64,000 bases of DNA, from contig JBAVYM010000049.1 in assembly GCA_049698775.1 (NCBI GenBank), positions 41,958 through 105,957 of the forward strand, given 5' to 3'. The position numbers and the translations under genes are program-made. This document shows, piece after piece, positions 32,487 through 42,374 of this stretch; within the stretch, counting starts at the first letter, position 1; the number at the start of each line of letters is the position of its first letter. The notes below the pieces were generated by a model. The model made no database searches, was not told where the DNA came from, and saw only the letters and a program-made list of their open reading frames with translations. The DNA comes from Gammaproteobacteria bacterium (GTDB lineage Bacteria; Pseudomonadota; Gammaproteobacteria; Natronospirales; REEB76).

Positions 32487-33032
32487 ATGAACACTATCTA
32501 TCGCCACACACCCGCCCACCCGCGGCAGCTCAACGCCGGCTTCAGCCTGCTGGAAGTCCTGATCGGGCTGGTGATCCTGTCAGTGGGCCTGCTGGGCATC
32601 GTCGGCCTCATGACCACCACGCTCAAGACCAACAGCAGCGCCTACATGCGCACCCAGGCCACGGCCATGGCCTACAACATGGTTGACCGCATGCGCGCCA
32701 ACCTGCCGGCCGTCACTGGCGGCGGTTATGACCTCACCATGCCGCCGTCCGCCGCTACCGGCACCGACCCCACCACTTGCGACGCTTCCGCGTGCAGCAC
32801 TGCGCAACTGGCAACCTACGATCTGGACCAATGGGAATTCGATCTGGCGAACCGGCTACCGCAGGGCCGCGGTTCCATCACCACCGCCAACAGCGCCACC
32901 TCGGCCAACCCGGCCGCCGTCACCACGGTCACGGTCACGGTGCTGTGGAACGACAGCCGCGCCAATCAGGCGCTGGGTGGCGCACCGGCGGCCACCACTT
33001 TCAGTCTGGCCGTCAACTCGGCGCTGCAATAG
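32487..33032 (+). CDS. pilV: type IV pilus minor pilin PilV (cassette 2)
   Basis: ORF 32442..33032. ATG 32487 has a GGAAG SD and gives an 18-aa leader (MNTIYRHTPAHPRQLNAG|FSLLEV). The alternative in-frame ATG 32442 sits 7 nt after TATAGT. Confidence 0.85.
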   Translation: MNTIYRHTPAHPRQLNAGFSLLEVLIGLVILSVGLLGIVGLMTTTLKTNSSAYMRTQATAMAYNMVDRMRANLPAVTGGGYDLTMPPSAATGTDPTTCDASACSTAQLATYDLDQWEFDLANRLPQGRGSITTANSATSANPAAVTTVTVTVLWNDSRANQALGGAPAATTFSLAVNSALQ

Positions 33033-33033
33033 G

Positions 33034-34140
33034 ATGCGCACCATGCGCTTCGTGCCCATGACACACGGATCCCGCCAAACCGGCCTGTCACTCATCGAGT
33101 TGATGATTGCCATGCTGGTCGGCCTGATCCTGATTGCTGGCGTGCTGGCCATCTTCATCTCCAGCCGCAAGACTTACGGCGTCAACGGCGCCGTCGCGCA
33201 GATCCAGGAGAACGGCCGCTTCGCCCTGTATTTCCTCAACACCTCGGCGCGCAAGGCCGGATACATGGGCTGCGCCACCAGCCCCACCACCGTCAGCTAT
33301 TTGAATCCGGTCGCGGATGACCTGCCGTACAACTTCAGCCAAGCCGTGTATGGATTCAGCTTCACCGGTGCGGTACCGGCGGCCTCGGAAAATCCCGCTC
33401 TGGATCCCAGCGCCGCTGATTGGACGCCCAATCTCGATGCCGCTCTGACCGGCCTGGTTCTGCCCAACACCGATGTGCTGGTGGTGCGCTTCACCCAGGG
33501 CAGTCCGGTGTACATCACCAACATCGCCACCTCCACCTCCATCGTTGCCACGGTCAACTCGCTCAGCGGCGCGCCGGGTCAACCCGATCTGGCGCCTGGA
33601 AATCTGTTCCTGGCCACCAACTGCCTCAGCGCCATCGTCATGCAAGCCACCACCAACACCACGGGCACCACCCTGGAATATGCGGGCAGCGGTTCACCCG
33701 GCAATACCGCCGGTGATGTATTGCCGCAATCCTTCATCGGCGCCATGGTGGTGTCACCCGTCACGCAGGTGTTCTACATCGGCCAGGGCGCCGACGGTTC
33801 TCCGTCGCTGATGCAGGCCAGCACCACAGCATCCGGCGGTTTCAGCGCGCAGGAACTGGTCCCGGGCGTGGAAAACATGCGCGTGCTGTACGGCGTAGAC
33901 CTCACCGGCAGCCAGGTGCCCACTCAATATGAGAATGCCGAAGCCGTGGATGCCGCCGGTAACTGGCCCCAGGTCGTGAGCATCAAAATCGCGCTGCTCA
34001 CGCGCAGCAATACCGCCGCCGTGCCGTTGCCTGCGGCCGCCGTGCCCTACACATTGCTGAACAGCAATATCACCGCGCCGCTGGACACCCGCATGCGGCA
34101 AACCTTCCTCACCACCATCAGTCTGCGCAACAACCCGTAA
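33034..34140 (+). CDS. pilW: type IV pilus minor pilin PilW (cassette 2)
   Basis: Part of ORF 32683..34140. Start is MRTMRFVPMTHGSRQTG|LSLIELMIAMLVG, just after the pilV stop (33032). Paralogous to 25367..26491. Confidence 0.85.
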   Translation: MRTMRFVPMTHGSRQTGLSLIELMIAMLVGLILIAGVLAIFISSRKTYGVNGAVAQIQENGRFALYFLNTSARKAGYMGCATSPTTVSYLNPVADDLPYNFSQAVYGFSFTGAVPAASENPALDPSAADWTPNLDAALTGLVLPNTDVLVVRFTQGSPVYITNIATSTSIVATVNSLSGAPGQPDLAPGNLFLATNCLSAIVMQATTNTTGTTLEYAGSGSPGNTAGDVLPQSFIGAMVVSPVTQVFYIGQGADGSPSLMQASTTASGGFSAQELVPGVENMRVLYGVDLTGSQVPTQYENAEAVDAAGNWPQVVSIKIALLTRSNTAAVPLPAAAVPYTLLNSNITAPLDTRMRQTFLTTISLRNNP

Positions 34141-34155
34141 ACCGAGGAGATTTCC

Positions 34156-34710
34156 ATGTACACACCCTCCGCCATTTCCCCACCCGCCGCGCAGCGCGGC
34201 ATCGTGCTGGTGGTCGCGCTGATCCTGCTGCTGATACTCACGCTGCTCGGCCTGGCCGCGGCGCAAAGCACCTCGCTGCAGGAACGCATGGCCGGCAACG
34301 CCCGCAACCAGGATATAGCCTTCCAGTCCGCTGAGGCCGGCCTGAGCGCCGCGGAAAGCTGCCTGAACGCGGGACTGGCGCTGTGCACAAATTTCGCCGC
34401 CGACACGGCGGGTGCTTACCAGTTTAATCAGGCGGCGCCGAACAACCCTTGGGAGACCGCCGGATTCTGGAACAGTGCCGCGAACTACTTCACGTATGAC
34501 GGCGTGACCGGCGCCACTCTCAGTGGCGTGTCGGCGCAACCGGAAATCATCATCGAACAAATGCCGCCGGTCGCCGTGCCCGGCGGCAACATCGGCCAGC
34601 AGCAATTCGGCAGCGGTTCGCCCACCATTCAGCTTTACCGCATCACCGTGCTTGGCACCGGTGGTGACAGCACGGCCACGATCATGTTGCAAGGCATCTA
34701 CGGATCCTGA
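34156..34710 (+). CDS. pilX: type IV pilus minor pilin PilX (cassette 2)
   Basis: 184 aa with RGIVLVVALILLLILTLLGLAAAQSTSLQERMAGN. Confidence 0.8.
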   Translation: MYTPSAISPPAAQRGIVLVVALILLLILTLLGLAAAQSTSLQERMAGNARNQDIAFQSAEAGLSAAESCLNAGLALCTNFAADTAGAYQFNQAAPNNPWETAGFWNSAANYFTYDGVTGATLSGVSAQPEIIIEQMPPVAVPGGNIGQQQFGSGSPTIQLYRITVLGTGGDSTATIMLQGIYGS

Positions 34711-34754
34711 TTCACAACAATCCACGCGCACAAATCGCACTTGAGGACAGCATT

Positions 34755-37700
34755 ATGAGTATCGAACGCATTAAACACATTTGGCTAACCACCACCGGCG
34801 TGGCGGCCCTATCCTGCGTGTTGCTCGCGGGCACGACCAGCATCGCGCTGAGCGCCGCGCCGCCCATGATCGCCATTTCCACTACGCCGTTGACGGTGAT
34901 TGTGCCGACTCATCCGCAGGTGCTGTTCGCCGTCGGCAATTCCAATTCCATGGACTCAAGCGACAATATCACCGACAAGGGTAACGATCTTCTCACCAGC
35001 AATGCTCCGCAAAGCGCCATCATGACCTGGTCCGGCAATATCAATCTTCCCTCCTCCTTGTACGGTGCTGCCTATGTCGGGCTGGAAAACTCCACCTCGC
35101 CGACGAATTACACCGTGCCCACGGGCTTCACGCCGCCCATTACCGGTGGTGCGGCCGCCAGTTCGCAGCTCTATACCGCACAGGTTGACTCCTATTCCGT
35201 TTCAGGAACGACAAGCAGCGGCAATAGCTGGAGCTGCTACGTCAATACCACTACCAGGGTGACATCGTTGGGGGGCGGCTATACAGCCTTGCCCTCACCT
35301 ACTGGTACCCCGCCACACACGGCAATTGATGCTTGGCCGGGCACTTTGACCTGGGATCCAACCCAGGTTTGGTACTACAACGGTATTGATGTAGGCGGCA
35401 ATAATGGTTTCACCGAGACCACCGATCCGGGACCTATTACCATGCTGTACCGTCCCTCGGCGGAGCGCCTCGCGAGCCGCGCGGCCGTCCCCTACGGTCT
35501 GTCCGCCGTGAGCCCGGCGGCCATGCTGCTGGGCCTGAACAATGTCAGTTATCTGGTAGGTAGCGGCGGTGGCGGCGGCGCCCAGCCACGCTCCACCGGC
35601 GGCGCTCCACCGACACCACCAGCCTGCGGCCCCGGTTCGGGTCCCCCCGTCATTCCTTGCGTGCCGCCACCCACAAAATATTGCCATGAATACAAGTGGA
35701 CGCCGCTCACTACCACGCCCTACACCGACACCTATACCTATTACGGCGACAACTCGGCCAGCCGTCTCAACATCGCCAAGGCCTCCATCAGCGCGGTAAT
35801 CACCAACTATGCGGGCACCACTGATTTCGGCCTGATGGATTATTCTGTGCCCACCAAGACCGGCTACTACACTTGGGCCTACTACATGAGCCCGCCCGCC
35901 GGCTTTACCTTCAGCAGCACCTATTCAGCGCCCACCGGCAGCACCCAATACGTGATGAATCCGTGCTATCTGGCGACCTCCACAGTGAGCACCGATTGCA
36001 ATGCCTCGAACATCCTAGCTGAATTGTTGGCCGCCAATCCCGGCATGACGGCCGCTCAGTTGAAGGCCGCCAGTCATAAATTCATGCTGGTTGCCAACCG
36101 CAGCGATGATCCGTCCATCAATGACGTGTTCCTGTCGAGCAGCAGCAGCAGCTTCGCCAGCAAGCCGGCGTTCCTGGAAGACGGCGCCATCACCACCAGC
36201 AACCCCCCTTGCAGCCTTCCCTCGACCAACTCGCCCTATACGGGTTGCACACTGGGCGACTACAACGCCGGCAATGTGCAGATGACCTACAGCAACACTG
36301 CGCCCTCGGTAAGTTACAACAATTCCATGTACACCTACCCTACCAATGCCGGTTACGTGGCCTACACGCCGCAGGTGATGTACGGCGCGCGCGGCTATTT
36401 GTGGTCTGGCACAGCGAGTGCCACTACCGGCAATCCGATCACGCCGGTGACGGCGGCGCCTGCGGATCCCACACCAGCGCAGATCACAACCTATGTGAAC
36501 ACGTATTTCACGCCGTATCTGGAGCCGGAAAATAACGTGCCTTCCAGCGATACCACTGCCTATCCCACTTACAAGAATGCCATCTTCGCCTCCGCCAGCC
36601 AGTCACCCATTGCCGGCATGTTGAGCACCGCGCTCGCGACTTATGGCCCGGCGCCTGTTGGCCCCTGCCCGCCGCCACGCTACGTGATTCTCATGACCGA
36701 CGGCCTGCCGACCCTGGATATGAGCGGCAAAAACTGGCCGCCGCTCGGCAGTGCCGCCGCCGTCGGCTACGGCGTCACCGCCAGCTTCAACGCAGACGGT
36801 TCGCTCAACACAACCAATGATCAGGCGCTTACCGATACCATCACCGAACTCTCGGCGTTGAATGCGGCCGGCATCAAGACCTTTGTGGTGGGCATGGGTC
36901 CGGGTGTGAATCCGGCGCTGAATCCGCAGGCTGCCGCGGCGCTCACCGCCATGTCGGTTGCCGGAGGCACCTACGCCTTCAATCCGCCGCCCGGCGGTCC
37001 AGGCTATTTCCCCGGCTCCAGCCCCGCCCAGGTGGTCGCGGACCTGAACGCGATCTTGAATATCATCAGTGTCAGCAATGTGTCGTCGGTATCCGCCGCG
37101 GCCAACACCAGCAGCCTCAACACCGGCACTACGGTGTATCAGGCGTCGTACAGCGGTTACAACGGCGAGTTCCGCGACTGGACCGGCGATGTGCAGGCGT
37201 TCGGCGTGAATGCCAGCACCGGCGTGGTCAGCACCACCGCGGCCTGGTCGGCGCAGTGCCAACTGGATGCGCTGGCCACCGGCAGCGCCGCCTGTCCCAG
37301 CACCCCCGGCACCGGCGCCGGCTGGAACACGGCCCGGCTGGTCGCGACCTGGAACCCGTCCACGAATATAGGCGTGCCGTTCCGCTGGGCCGACATCAGC
37401 GCCGCGCAACAAACGGAACTGCAGCCAACGGATGCACTTGGCTCCGACCGGCTCAACTACCTGCGCGGCGATACCGCTGAGGAAATCCACAACGGTGGCG
37501 CCGACAACTTCCGCAACCGTTCGCACATCCTGGGCGACATCGTGGATAGCGCGCCGATCTATATCGGCGCCTCCAACGGCCCCTACTTGGCCGACCCGAG
37601 TTATCAGACCTTCGTGGCGACCACCGCCAACCGCAAGATGCTGTACGTGGGCGCCAACGACGGCATGCTGCATGCGATTGCGCCTGCCACCGGCAATGAG

Positions 37701-39053
37701 CAATACGCCTTCGTCCCCAACGGCGTGTTCGGCAATCTCGTCAATCTCACCAGCCCCGGCTACGACACCGCCCACCAATTCTTTGTGGACGGCTCACCCT
37801 CGGCCGGTGACGTGAAATTCGCCGGCGGCACCTGGCACACGGTGCTGACGGGCGGTTTGAACGACGGCGGCCAGAGCATCTACGCGCTGGATGTGACCAC
37901 TCCGTCGGCCATCACCACCGAAACCCAGGCGGCCAACAGTGTGCTGTGGGAGTTCAGCGATCCCACCCTGGGACTGACCTACAGCCGGCCGGTGATCGCC
38001 AAGACCAATGTGACCGGTGCGCCCGCGCCGAACACCAACCCCAACGGCTTCCTGGAATTCTTCGGCTCGGGTTACAACAATTCCGACGGCAACAATTATC
38101 TGTACGCCGTCAATCCCGAAACCGGCAAGCTGGTGGTCAAGATCAATCTGTGCGCTGCCGTACCCGGCGCGTGCAACGCCACGGTACCCAACGGTCTGTC
38201 CAGCGTGGTCGTGGCGAACAGCGGCGGCGCGGTCGGCCAAGCGGTGGACCGCGTGTACGCGGGCGATCTGCAGGGCAATCTGTGGCGCGTGGATATTTCC
38301 AACGCCAATCCGGCGAGCTGGGTGGTCACGGTATTGTTCACGGCCTGCGGCGGAGTCTGCGCCGGCACCAATTACCAGCCCATCACGGTGACGCCGGCAG
38401 TGTCGCTGCAACCGAACTTCCCCGGCCAGACCGGCACCATTGTGTACTTCGGCACCGGCCAGTACCTGAGCGTGGGCGATCGCAGCAATGTGCAAGCGCA
38501 ATCGTTCTACGGAGTGTGGGACAACAATACCGGCAGCACCGAGACCCGCGCCCAGTTGCAGCAACAGGTGCTGACCACCACCACTATCGGCACCACCTCG
38601 GTGCGCACCATCACCAACAACCCGGTGAACTGGGCCACGCAGTTCGGCTGGTACATGGATCTGCCGCTGGCGGGCGAGCGCGTCATCACTGATCCGCGCC
38701 TGTACTCAGGCGAAGTGATCTTCACAACCTATGTGCCCACGCCGGGTGACTCCTGCGTCGGCGGCGGCGCCGCCTTCCTGATGGCAGTGAATTACGCCAA
38801 CGGTGGCAGCTTCCCGCAACCGCAACTGGATATCAACGGCGACGGCGTGCTGAACAGCAGCGACCAAGTGGGCGGCCTGAATCCGGTCGGCATCGGCCTG
38901 GGCGATGTGTTTGCCTCGGCGCCAGCCATCCTGTCGGCGAGCATGGGCGCCATCCAGGTCATGAAACTCACCACCCTGTCCTCGGGCACCATCATGAATG
39001 TGGGCGAGCGCGGCGGCCAGCCGGGCCAGCGTGCCTGGTGGCAGGTGCAGTGA
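34755..39053 (+). CDS. pilY1: PilY1 tip-associated adhesin, cassette 2
   Basis: 1432 aa and collinear with cassette-1 PilY1. EF-hand-like loop DINGDGVLNSSD at 38829..38864. Confidence 0.9.
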   Translation: MSIERIKHIWLTTTGVAALSCVLLAGTTSIALSAAPPMIAISTTPLTVIVPTHPQVLFAVGNSNSMDSSDNITDKGNDLLTSNAPQSAIMTWSGNINLPSSLYGAAYVGLENSTSPTNYTVPTGFTPPITGGAAASSQLYTAQVDSYSVSGTTSSGNSWSCYVNTTTRVTSLGGGYTALPSPTGTPPHTAIDAWPGTLTWDPTQVWYYNGIDVGGNNGFTETTDPGPITMLYRPSAERLASRAAVPYGLSAVSPAAMLLGLNNVSYLVGSGGGGGAQPRSTGGAPPTPPACGPGSGPPVIPCVPPPTKYCHEYKWTPLTTTPYTDTYTYYGDNSASRLNIAKASISAVITNYAGTTDFGLMDYSVPTKTGYYTWAYYMSPPAGFTFSSTYSAPTGSTQYVMNPCYLATSTVSTDCNASNILAELLAANPGMTAAQLKAASHKFMLVANRSDDPSINDVFLSSSSSSFASKPAFLEDGAITTSNPPCSLPSTNSPYTGCTLGDYNAGNVQMTYSNTAPSVSYNNSMYTYPTNAGYVAYTPQVMYGARGYLWSGTASATTGNPITPVTAAPADPTPAQITTYVNTYFTPYLEPENNVPSSDTTAYPTYKNAIFASASQSPIAGMLSTALATYGPAPVGPCPPPRYVILMTDGLPTLDMSGKNWPPLGSAAAVGYGVTASFNADGSLNTTNDQALTDTITELSALNAAGIKTFVVGMGPGVNPALNPQAAAALTAMSVAGGTYAFNPPPGGPGYFPGSSPAQVVADLNAILNIISVSNVSSVSAAANTSSLNTGTTVYQASYSGYNGEFRDWTGDVQAFGVNASTGVVSTTAAWSAQCQLDALATGSAACPSTPGTGAGWNTARLVATWNPSTNIGVPFRWADISAAQQTELQPTDALGSDRLNYLRGDTAEEIHNGGADNFRNRSHILGDIVDSAPIYIGASNGPYLADPSYQTFVATTANRKMLYVGANDGMLHAIAPATGNEQYAFVPNGVFGNLVNLTSPGYDTAHQFFVDGSPSAGDVKFAGGTWHTVLTGGLNDGGQSIYALDVTTPSAITTETQAANSVLWEFSDPTLGLTYSRPVIAKTNVTGAPAPNTNPNGFLEFFGSGYNNSDGNNYLYAVNPETGKLVVKINLCAAVPGACNATVPNGLSSVVVANSGGAVGQAVDRVYAGDLQGNLWRVDISNANPASWVVTVLFTACGGVCAGTNYQPITVTPAVSLQPNFPGQTGTIVYFGTGQYLSVGDRSNVQAQSFYGVWDNNTGSTETRAQLQQQVLTTTTIGTTSVRTITNNPVNWATQFGWYMDLPLAGERVITDPRLYSGEVIFTTYVPTPGDSCVGGGAAFLMAVNYANGGSFPQPQLDINGDGVLNSSDQVGGLNPVGIGLGDVFASAPAILSASMGAIQVMKLTTLSSGTIMNVGERGGQPGQRAWWQVQ

Positions 39054-39097
39054 GCCTATTCGGATAAAACCAAACGCAACGTAACGAGGTGAATGTC

Positions 39098-39445
39098 ATG
39101 TCAGGAAAACGCACAGTAGTATTCATGAGTCTGGTGACGGCCTTGGTTCTGGGTCTGGCCATGTCCCGGCCGGCCCTGGCCATGGGTGGTTACACAGCCG
39201 ATCAACTCGTCACCGGCACCGTGCAGGATATTGATTACCTGCACCACGCGATCACGGTGAATGGCCAGACTTACGCGGTTTCGCCGCAAGCGAAGTTCAG
39301 TGGCATCGCCGCCTTTTCGGTGCTGCATGTCGGCATGGCGGTCCAGTGCATCCTCGACAGTGCGGCTACGTCACAGCCCGGTGATCAGCCGGACTCGCAG
39401 ACGCCGGTAATCACCGCGATTACCTGGCTGCCGACGGGCACGTAA
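39098..39445 (+). CDS. small secreted protein at the pilY2 position (cassette 2)
   Basis: ORF 39089..39445. ATG 39098 lies 8 nt after ACGAGG. Signal peptide ...SRPALA; core VQDIDYLHHAITVNGQTYAVSPQAKFSGIAAFSVLHVGM. Confidence 0.7.
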   Translation: MSGKRTVVFMSLVTALVLGLAMSRPALAMGGYTADQLVTGTVQDIDYLHHAITVNGQTYAVSPQAKFSGIAAFSVLHVGMAVQCILDSAATSQPGDQPDSQTPVITAITWLPTGT

Positions 39446-39460
39446 GCCAGCAGGAACGGT

Positions 39461-39889
39461 ATGTACAGCCAGCATCGAAAACTGCGTGGCTTTTCGCTCA
39501 TCGAGCTGATGATCGTGGTGGCAATCATCGGCGTGATTGCCGCCATCGCTTATCCTTCTTACGAACGCTCGGTGCTCAAGTCGCATCGCTCGGATGCCGA
39601 GAACCTGCTCACCAACGACGCCCAGATCCTGGAACGCTGCTATACCCAGAACTTTTCTTACAACGTGGCTTGTACCCCGAACTTGGCCACTTCCACGCAA
39701 TATCGCTATTACACCCTGACCCGGCCACCCACTACGGTCGCGGCCACCACCTACGCCCTCACCGTCACCGCCATCGGCAATCAGATCAAAGACACCGATT
39801 GCAACAGCTTCAGCATCAATAACACCGGCCAAAAGACCGCCCTGAATTCCGGCGGCACCGATAATTCCACTGTCTGCTGGAACCAGTGA
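39461..39889 (+). CDS. pilE: type IV minor pilin PilE (cassette 2)
   Basis: 142 aa. 120 of 132 mature residues are identical to cassette-1 PilE (hand count). Confidence 0.85.
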   Translation: MYSQHRKLRGFSLIELMIVVAIIGVIAAIAYPSYERSVLKSHRSDAENLLTNDAQILERCYTQNFSYNVACTPNLATSTQYRYYTLTRPPTTVAATTYALTVTAIGNQIKDTDCNSFSINNTGQKTALNSGGTDNSTVCWNQ

Positions 39890-40090
39890 TTTTTGCCGAC
39901 AGGTAGCCCTGGACAATTCCGTTCGCACTGAACCCTTCGACCAGGCTCAGGATAGACCGGTCGAAGCGCGAACGAACCTTCAGCACGCTCGCTGCCCTGG
40001 AAGTGACCCTTCGACTTCGCTGCGCTACGCTCAGAGCCTGCCCCGGACTCGATCCGGGGGCGAACGGTAATAAATCAGGGCTTCCCCCAG

Positions 40091-40321
40091 TTGCGGTGTG
40101 TGACACCGCTCCTACGCAAGCGCGTAGGTTGCGGGTGAGGCGCAGCCGAACCCCAACATCTTGGTTTCGCGATCGTTGGGGTGCGCGTTGCTTACCCAAG
40201 TCAATAGACTATCAATTCTTTGCCGCGGCTAAATCCGTCGCGGTGTGTGACACCGCTCCTACGCAAGGCAACACTCCTCCCCTGTTCATTTTCCCGTAGG
40301 AGCGGTGACATTCACCGCGAA
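40091..40321. repeat. REP-rich spacer between cassettes 2 and 3
   Basis: REP units at 40091..40115 (-), 40237..40262 (-) and 40296..40321 (+). A second GTAGG-hairpin type starts at 40124 (GTAGGTTGCGGGTGAGGCGCAGCCGAACCCCAAC). Confidence 0.75.
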
Positions 40322-40573
40322 TATATTCCATCGCGCCGTGCGATGGCACTCTTGCGCCTCATTTGAAAACCGAACAACCTTCGCCTGCAAGGCGAGTGGG
40401 ATCTCGGGCATTTTGTTAGACGCCCTTAATCAGAACTTCCGGAGCTGACTTGAGCGCGATTACTAAGCGCCAAGTGCACTAATCGCAAACATAATCGCCC
40501 GTTCATCGCGGATTTATGCACGCCTGTCAGTGCGGGGCGCATTGATTCGTTTGAGTGTCTATATTTTGTTTGT

Positions 40574-41104
40574 ATGCAAAGTATCAGACACGCACGCGGT
40601 TTCACCCTGATCGAGCTTCTCATTGTGCTGGCGATAGTCAGCACTTTGACCGCCAAGCTCATACCGGCTTTCAGTCCCGCGCTCCGGGACGGCAACAACA
40701 CTTCGCAGGCGAATACCATCGTGGCCGGCCTGATACTGGCCCGCAACGACGCCATAAAATTTGGCATGCCTGTGAACATTTGCGCCAGCGCGGACGGTGA
40801 AACCTGTTCCGGCACCTGGAATGACGGTTGGATGGTGTATTACACCAACCCCAAAACCGATGCAGCCACCGTGGTCCGCGTATTCCCGCCGCTGTCCGCA
40901 AACAGCACCCTGACCAGCAGCGGCGGCGATCAATTCACGTTTAACGCTATCGGCGCAGCCAGCGCGACCAGCACCTTTACTTTGTGCGACGATCGCGGCA
41001 CCGGCCATGCGCGCGAGGTGGTTCTGGTGCCGACCGGTGAAGTGGAGTCATCACGGACACCGATGGCGGATACGAATGGCGCAGCTGCAGCCAGTTGTTC
41101 ATAA
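40574..41104 (+). CDS. fimT: GspH/FimT-family type IV minor pilin (cassette 3, first copy)
   Basis: 176 aa with MQSIRHARG|FTLIELLIVLAIV and a GspH-like body. Named fimT by position only. Confidence 0.7.
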   Translation: MQSIRHARGFTLIELLIVLAIVSTLTAKLIPAFSPALRDGNNTSQANTIVAGLILARNDAIKFGMPVNICASADGETCSGTWNDGWMVYYTNPKTDAATVVRVFPPLSANSTLTSSGGDQFTFNAIGAASATSTFTLCDDRGTGHAREVVLVPTGEVESSRTPMADTNGAAAASCS

Positions 41105-41274
41105 ACCGCCCACGATAACGCGCGGTCATCTCGCTTGCATGCCGTCCGCGGCTGTTCGATCACAAGGGCGCAATTCAAATCCGGCAGACGATCCTGCCAC
41201 CCTCCGTCAGCAATTTCTGCACGCTCGTCCTGGATATGCGTGAAAATTCCCGGCGCTCATCTATAGTTTGGAAT

Positions 41275-41823
41275 ATGAAACAGCATTCCGGCTTTACCCT
41301 GATCGAATTGCTGGTGCTGGTGGCCATCATCGCCATCCTTGCAACGGTCGCGGTTCCGGATTTTGGCACCACCATCAAGAATGACCGGGATATTTCCCAG
41401 ATCAACGGCCTGCTCAACAGCCTGGTATTGGCGCGCAGCGAGGCCGTCAAATCCGCGGCCGATGTCAGCATCTGTGCCGGCGCCACCACAGCCTGTGGTG
41501 GCGCGAGCTGGGCCGACGGCTGGGTCGTGTATTACAACACCCTGCCCCTGCCGCCCGGCGTCATCAACCCGGTGATTCAGATATCGCCGCCCATCAGCGG
41601 CAACAACACCTTCACCAGCGACAGCGGCTACAGCTTCACGTTCCAAGGCAACGGTATGCTCAAACCGCCGCTGCCCGCTGCAGCGGCGAATTTCACCTTG
41701 TGCGATTCCCGCGGCGCCATTTATGCGCGCTCCATCAACCTGGCCCTCTATGGCCGAGCGGAAGCTGCCGCCAAAGTGGGGTATGAGGTTGACGGCGCTA
41801 CCGCGCTCGTGTGCCCGCCTTGA
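41275..41823 (+). CDS. fimU: GspH/FimU-family type IV minor pilin (cassette 3, second copy)
   Basis: ORF 41236..41823. ATG 41275 gives MKQHSG|FTLIELLVLVAIIAIL. TATAGT 41262..41267 lies 7 nt upstream. Closest paralogue is 24219..24761. Confidence 0.8.
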   Translation: MKQHSGFTLIELLVLVAIIAILATVAVPDFGTTIKNDRDISQINGLLNSLVLARSEAVKSAADVSICAGATTACGGASWADGWVVYYNTLPLPPGVINPVIQISPPISGNNTFTSDSGYSFTFQGNGMLKPPLPAAAANFTLCDSRGAIYARSINLALYGRAEAAAKVGYEVDGATALVCPP

Positions 41824-41829
41824 GAAGGT

Positions 41830-42372
41830 ATGCAAAACGCACACAAAACATATTCTGAAATTCCTCGCGCTTCGCAGTGCGGTGGTTTCAGCTTGCTGGA
41901 AGTGCTGATCGCACTGGTGATCCTGTCGGTGGGCTTGCTCGGCATCGCCGGCATGCTCAGCACCACCGTGAAAGGCAATGACAGCGCCTACATGCGCACC
42001 CAGGCCACGGCCCTGGCTTACAACATCATTGACCGCATGCGCGCCAATCAGAACTCGGCGCAAAGCGGCGATTACGACATCGCCCTCGGTACGCCCGCGC
42101 CGGGCTCCAGCACCAGCTGCAACGGCGGCAGCGCAAATTGCAGCACCACGGCGCTGGCCGATTACGACCTGAGCCAGTGGAAACAGTCGCTCGCCTCACC
42201 CACCAACGGTCTGCCCGCCGGCGACGGCAGTATCGCCATCGCTCCGGTCGGCGGCGTGTTCATGGTGACGGTGACGGTGCAGTGGAATGACAGCCGTGCA
42301 CATGACAGCCTGAAAAGTATAGGCGCACCTACCGCCACCACCTCGAGTCTGGTGGTCAATTCGGTGTTCTAG
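41830..42372 (+). CDS. pilV: type IV pilus minor pilin PilV (cassette 3)
   Basis: 180 aa with CGG|FSLLEVLIALVILSVGLLG and MRTQA. Confidence 0.85.
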   Translation: MQNAHKTYSEIPRASQCGGFSLLEVLIALVILSVGLLGIAGMLSTTVKGNDSAYMRTQATALAYNIIDRMRANQNSAQSGDYDIALGTPAPGSSTSCNGGSANCSTTALADYDLSQWKQSLASPTNGLPAGDGSIAIAPVGGVFMVTVTVQWNDSRAHDSLKSIGAPTATTSSLVVNSVF

Positions 42373-42374
42373 CC

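Noticed and set aside
36603-37778. 391-aa minus-strand ORF, with similar ones at 31373..32338, 37794..38564, 45532..46524 and 47065..47928
   Set aside because: All are antisense to the pilY1, small-ORF or pilE coding regions. They are Arg/Gly/Ala-rich, lack SDs and have no recognisable domains. They are high-GC shadow ORFs.
40574-41104. A DNA-binding GRxR motif, reported for competence-associated FimT, in the FimT/FimU paralogues
   Set aside because: The C-termini contain only TGRAD (fimU-1) and YGRAE (fimU-3), and fimT-3 has none. No GRxR motif is present, so there is no sequence support for a DNA-receptor role.
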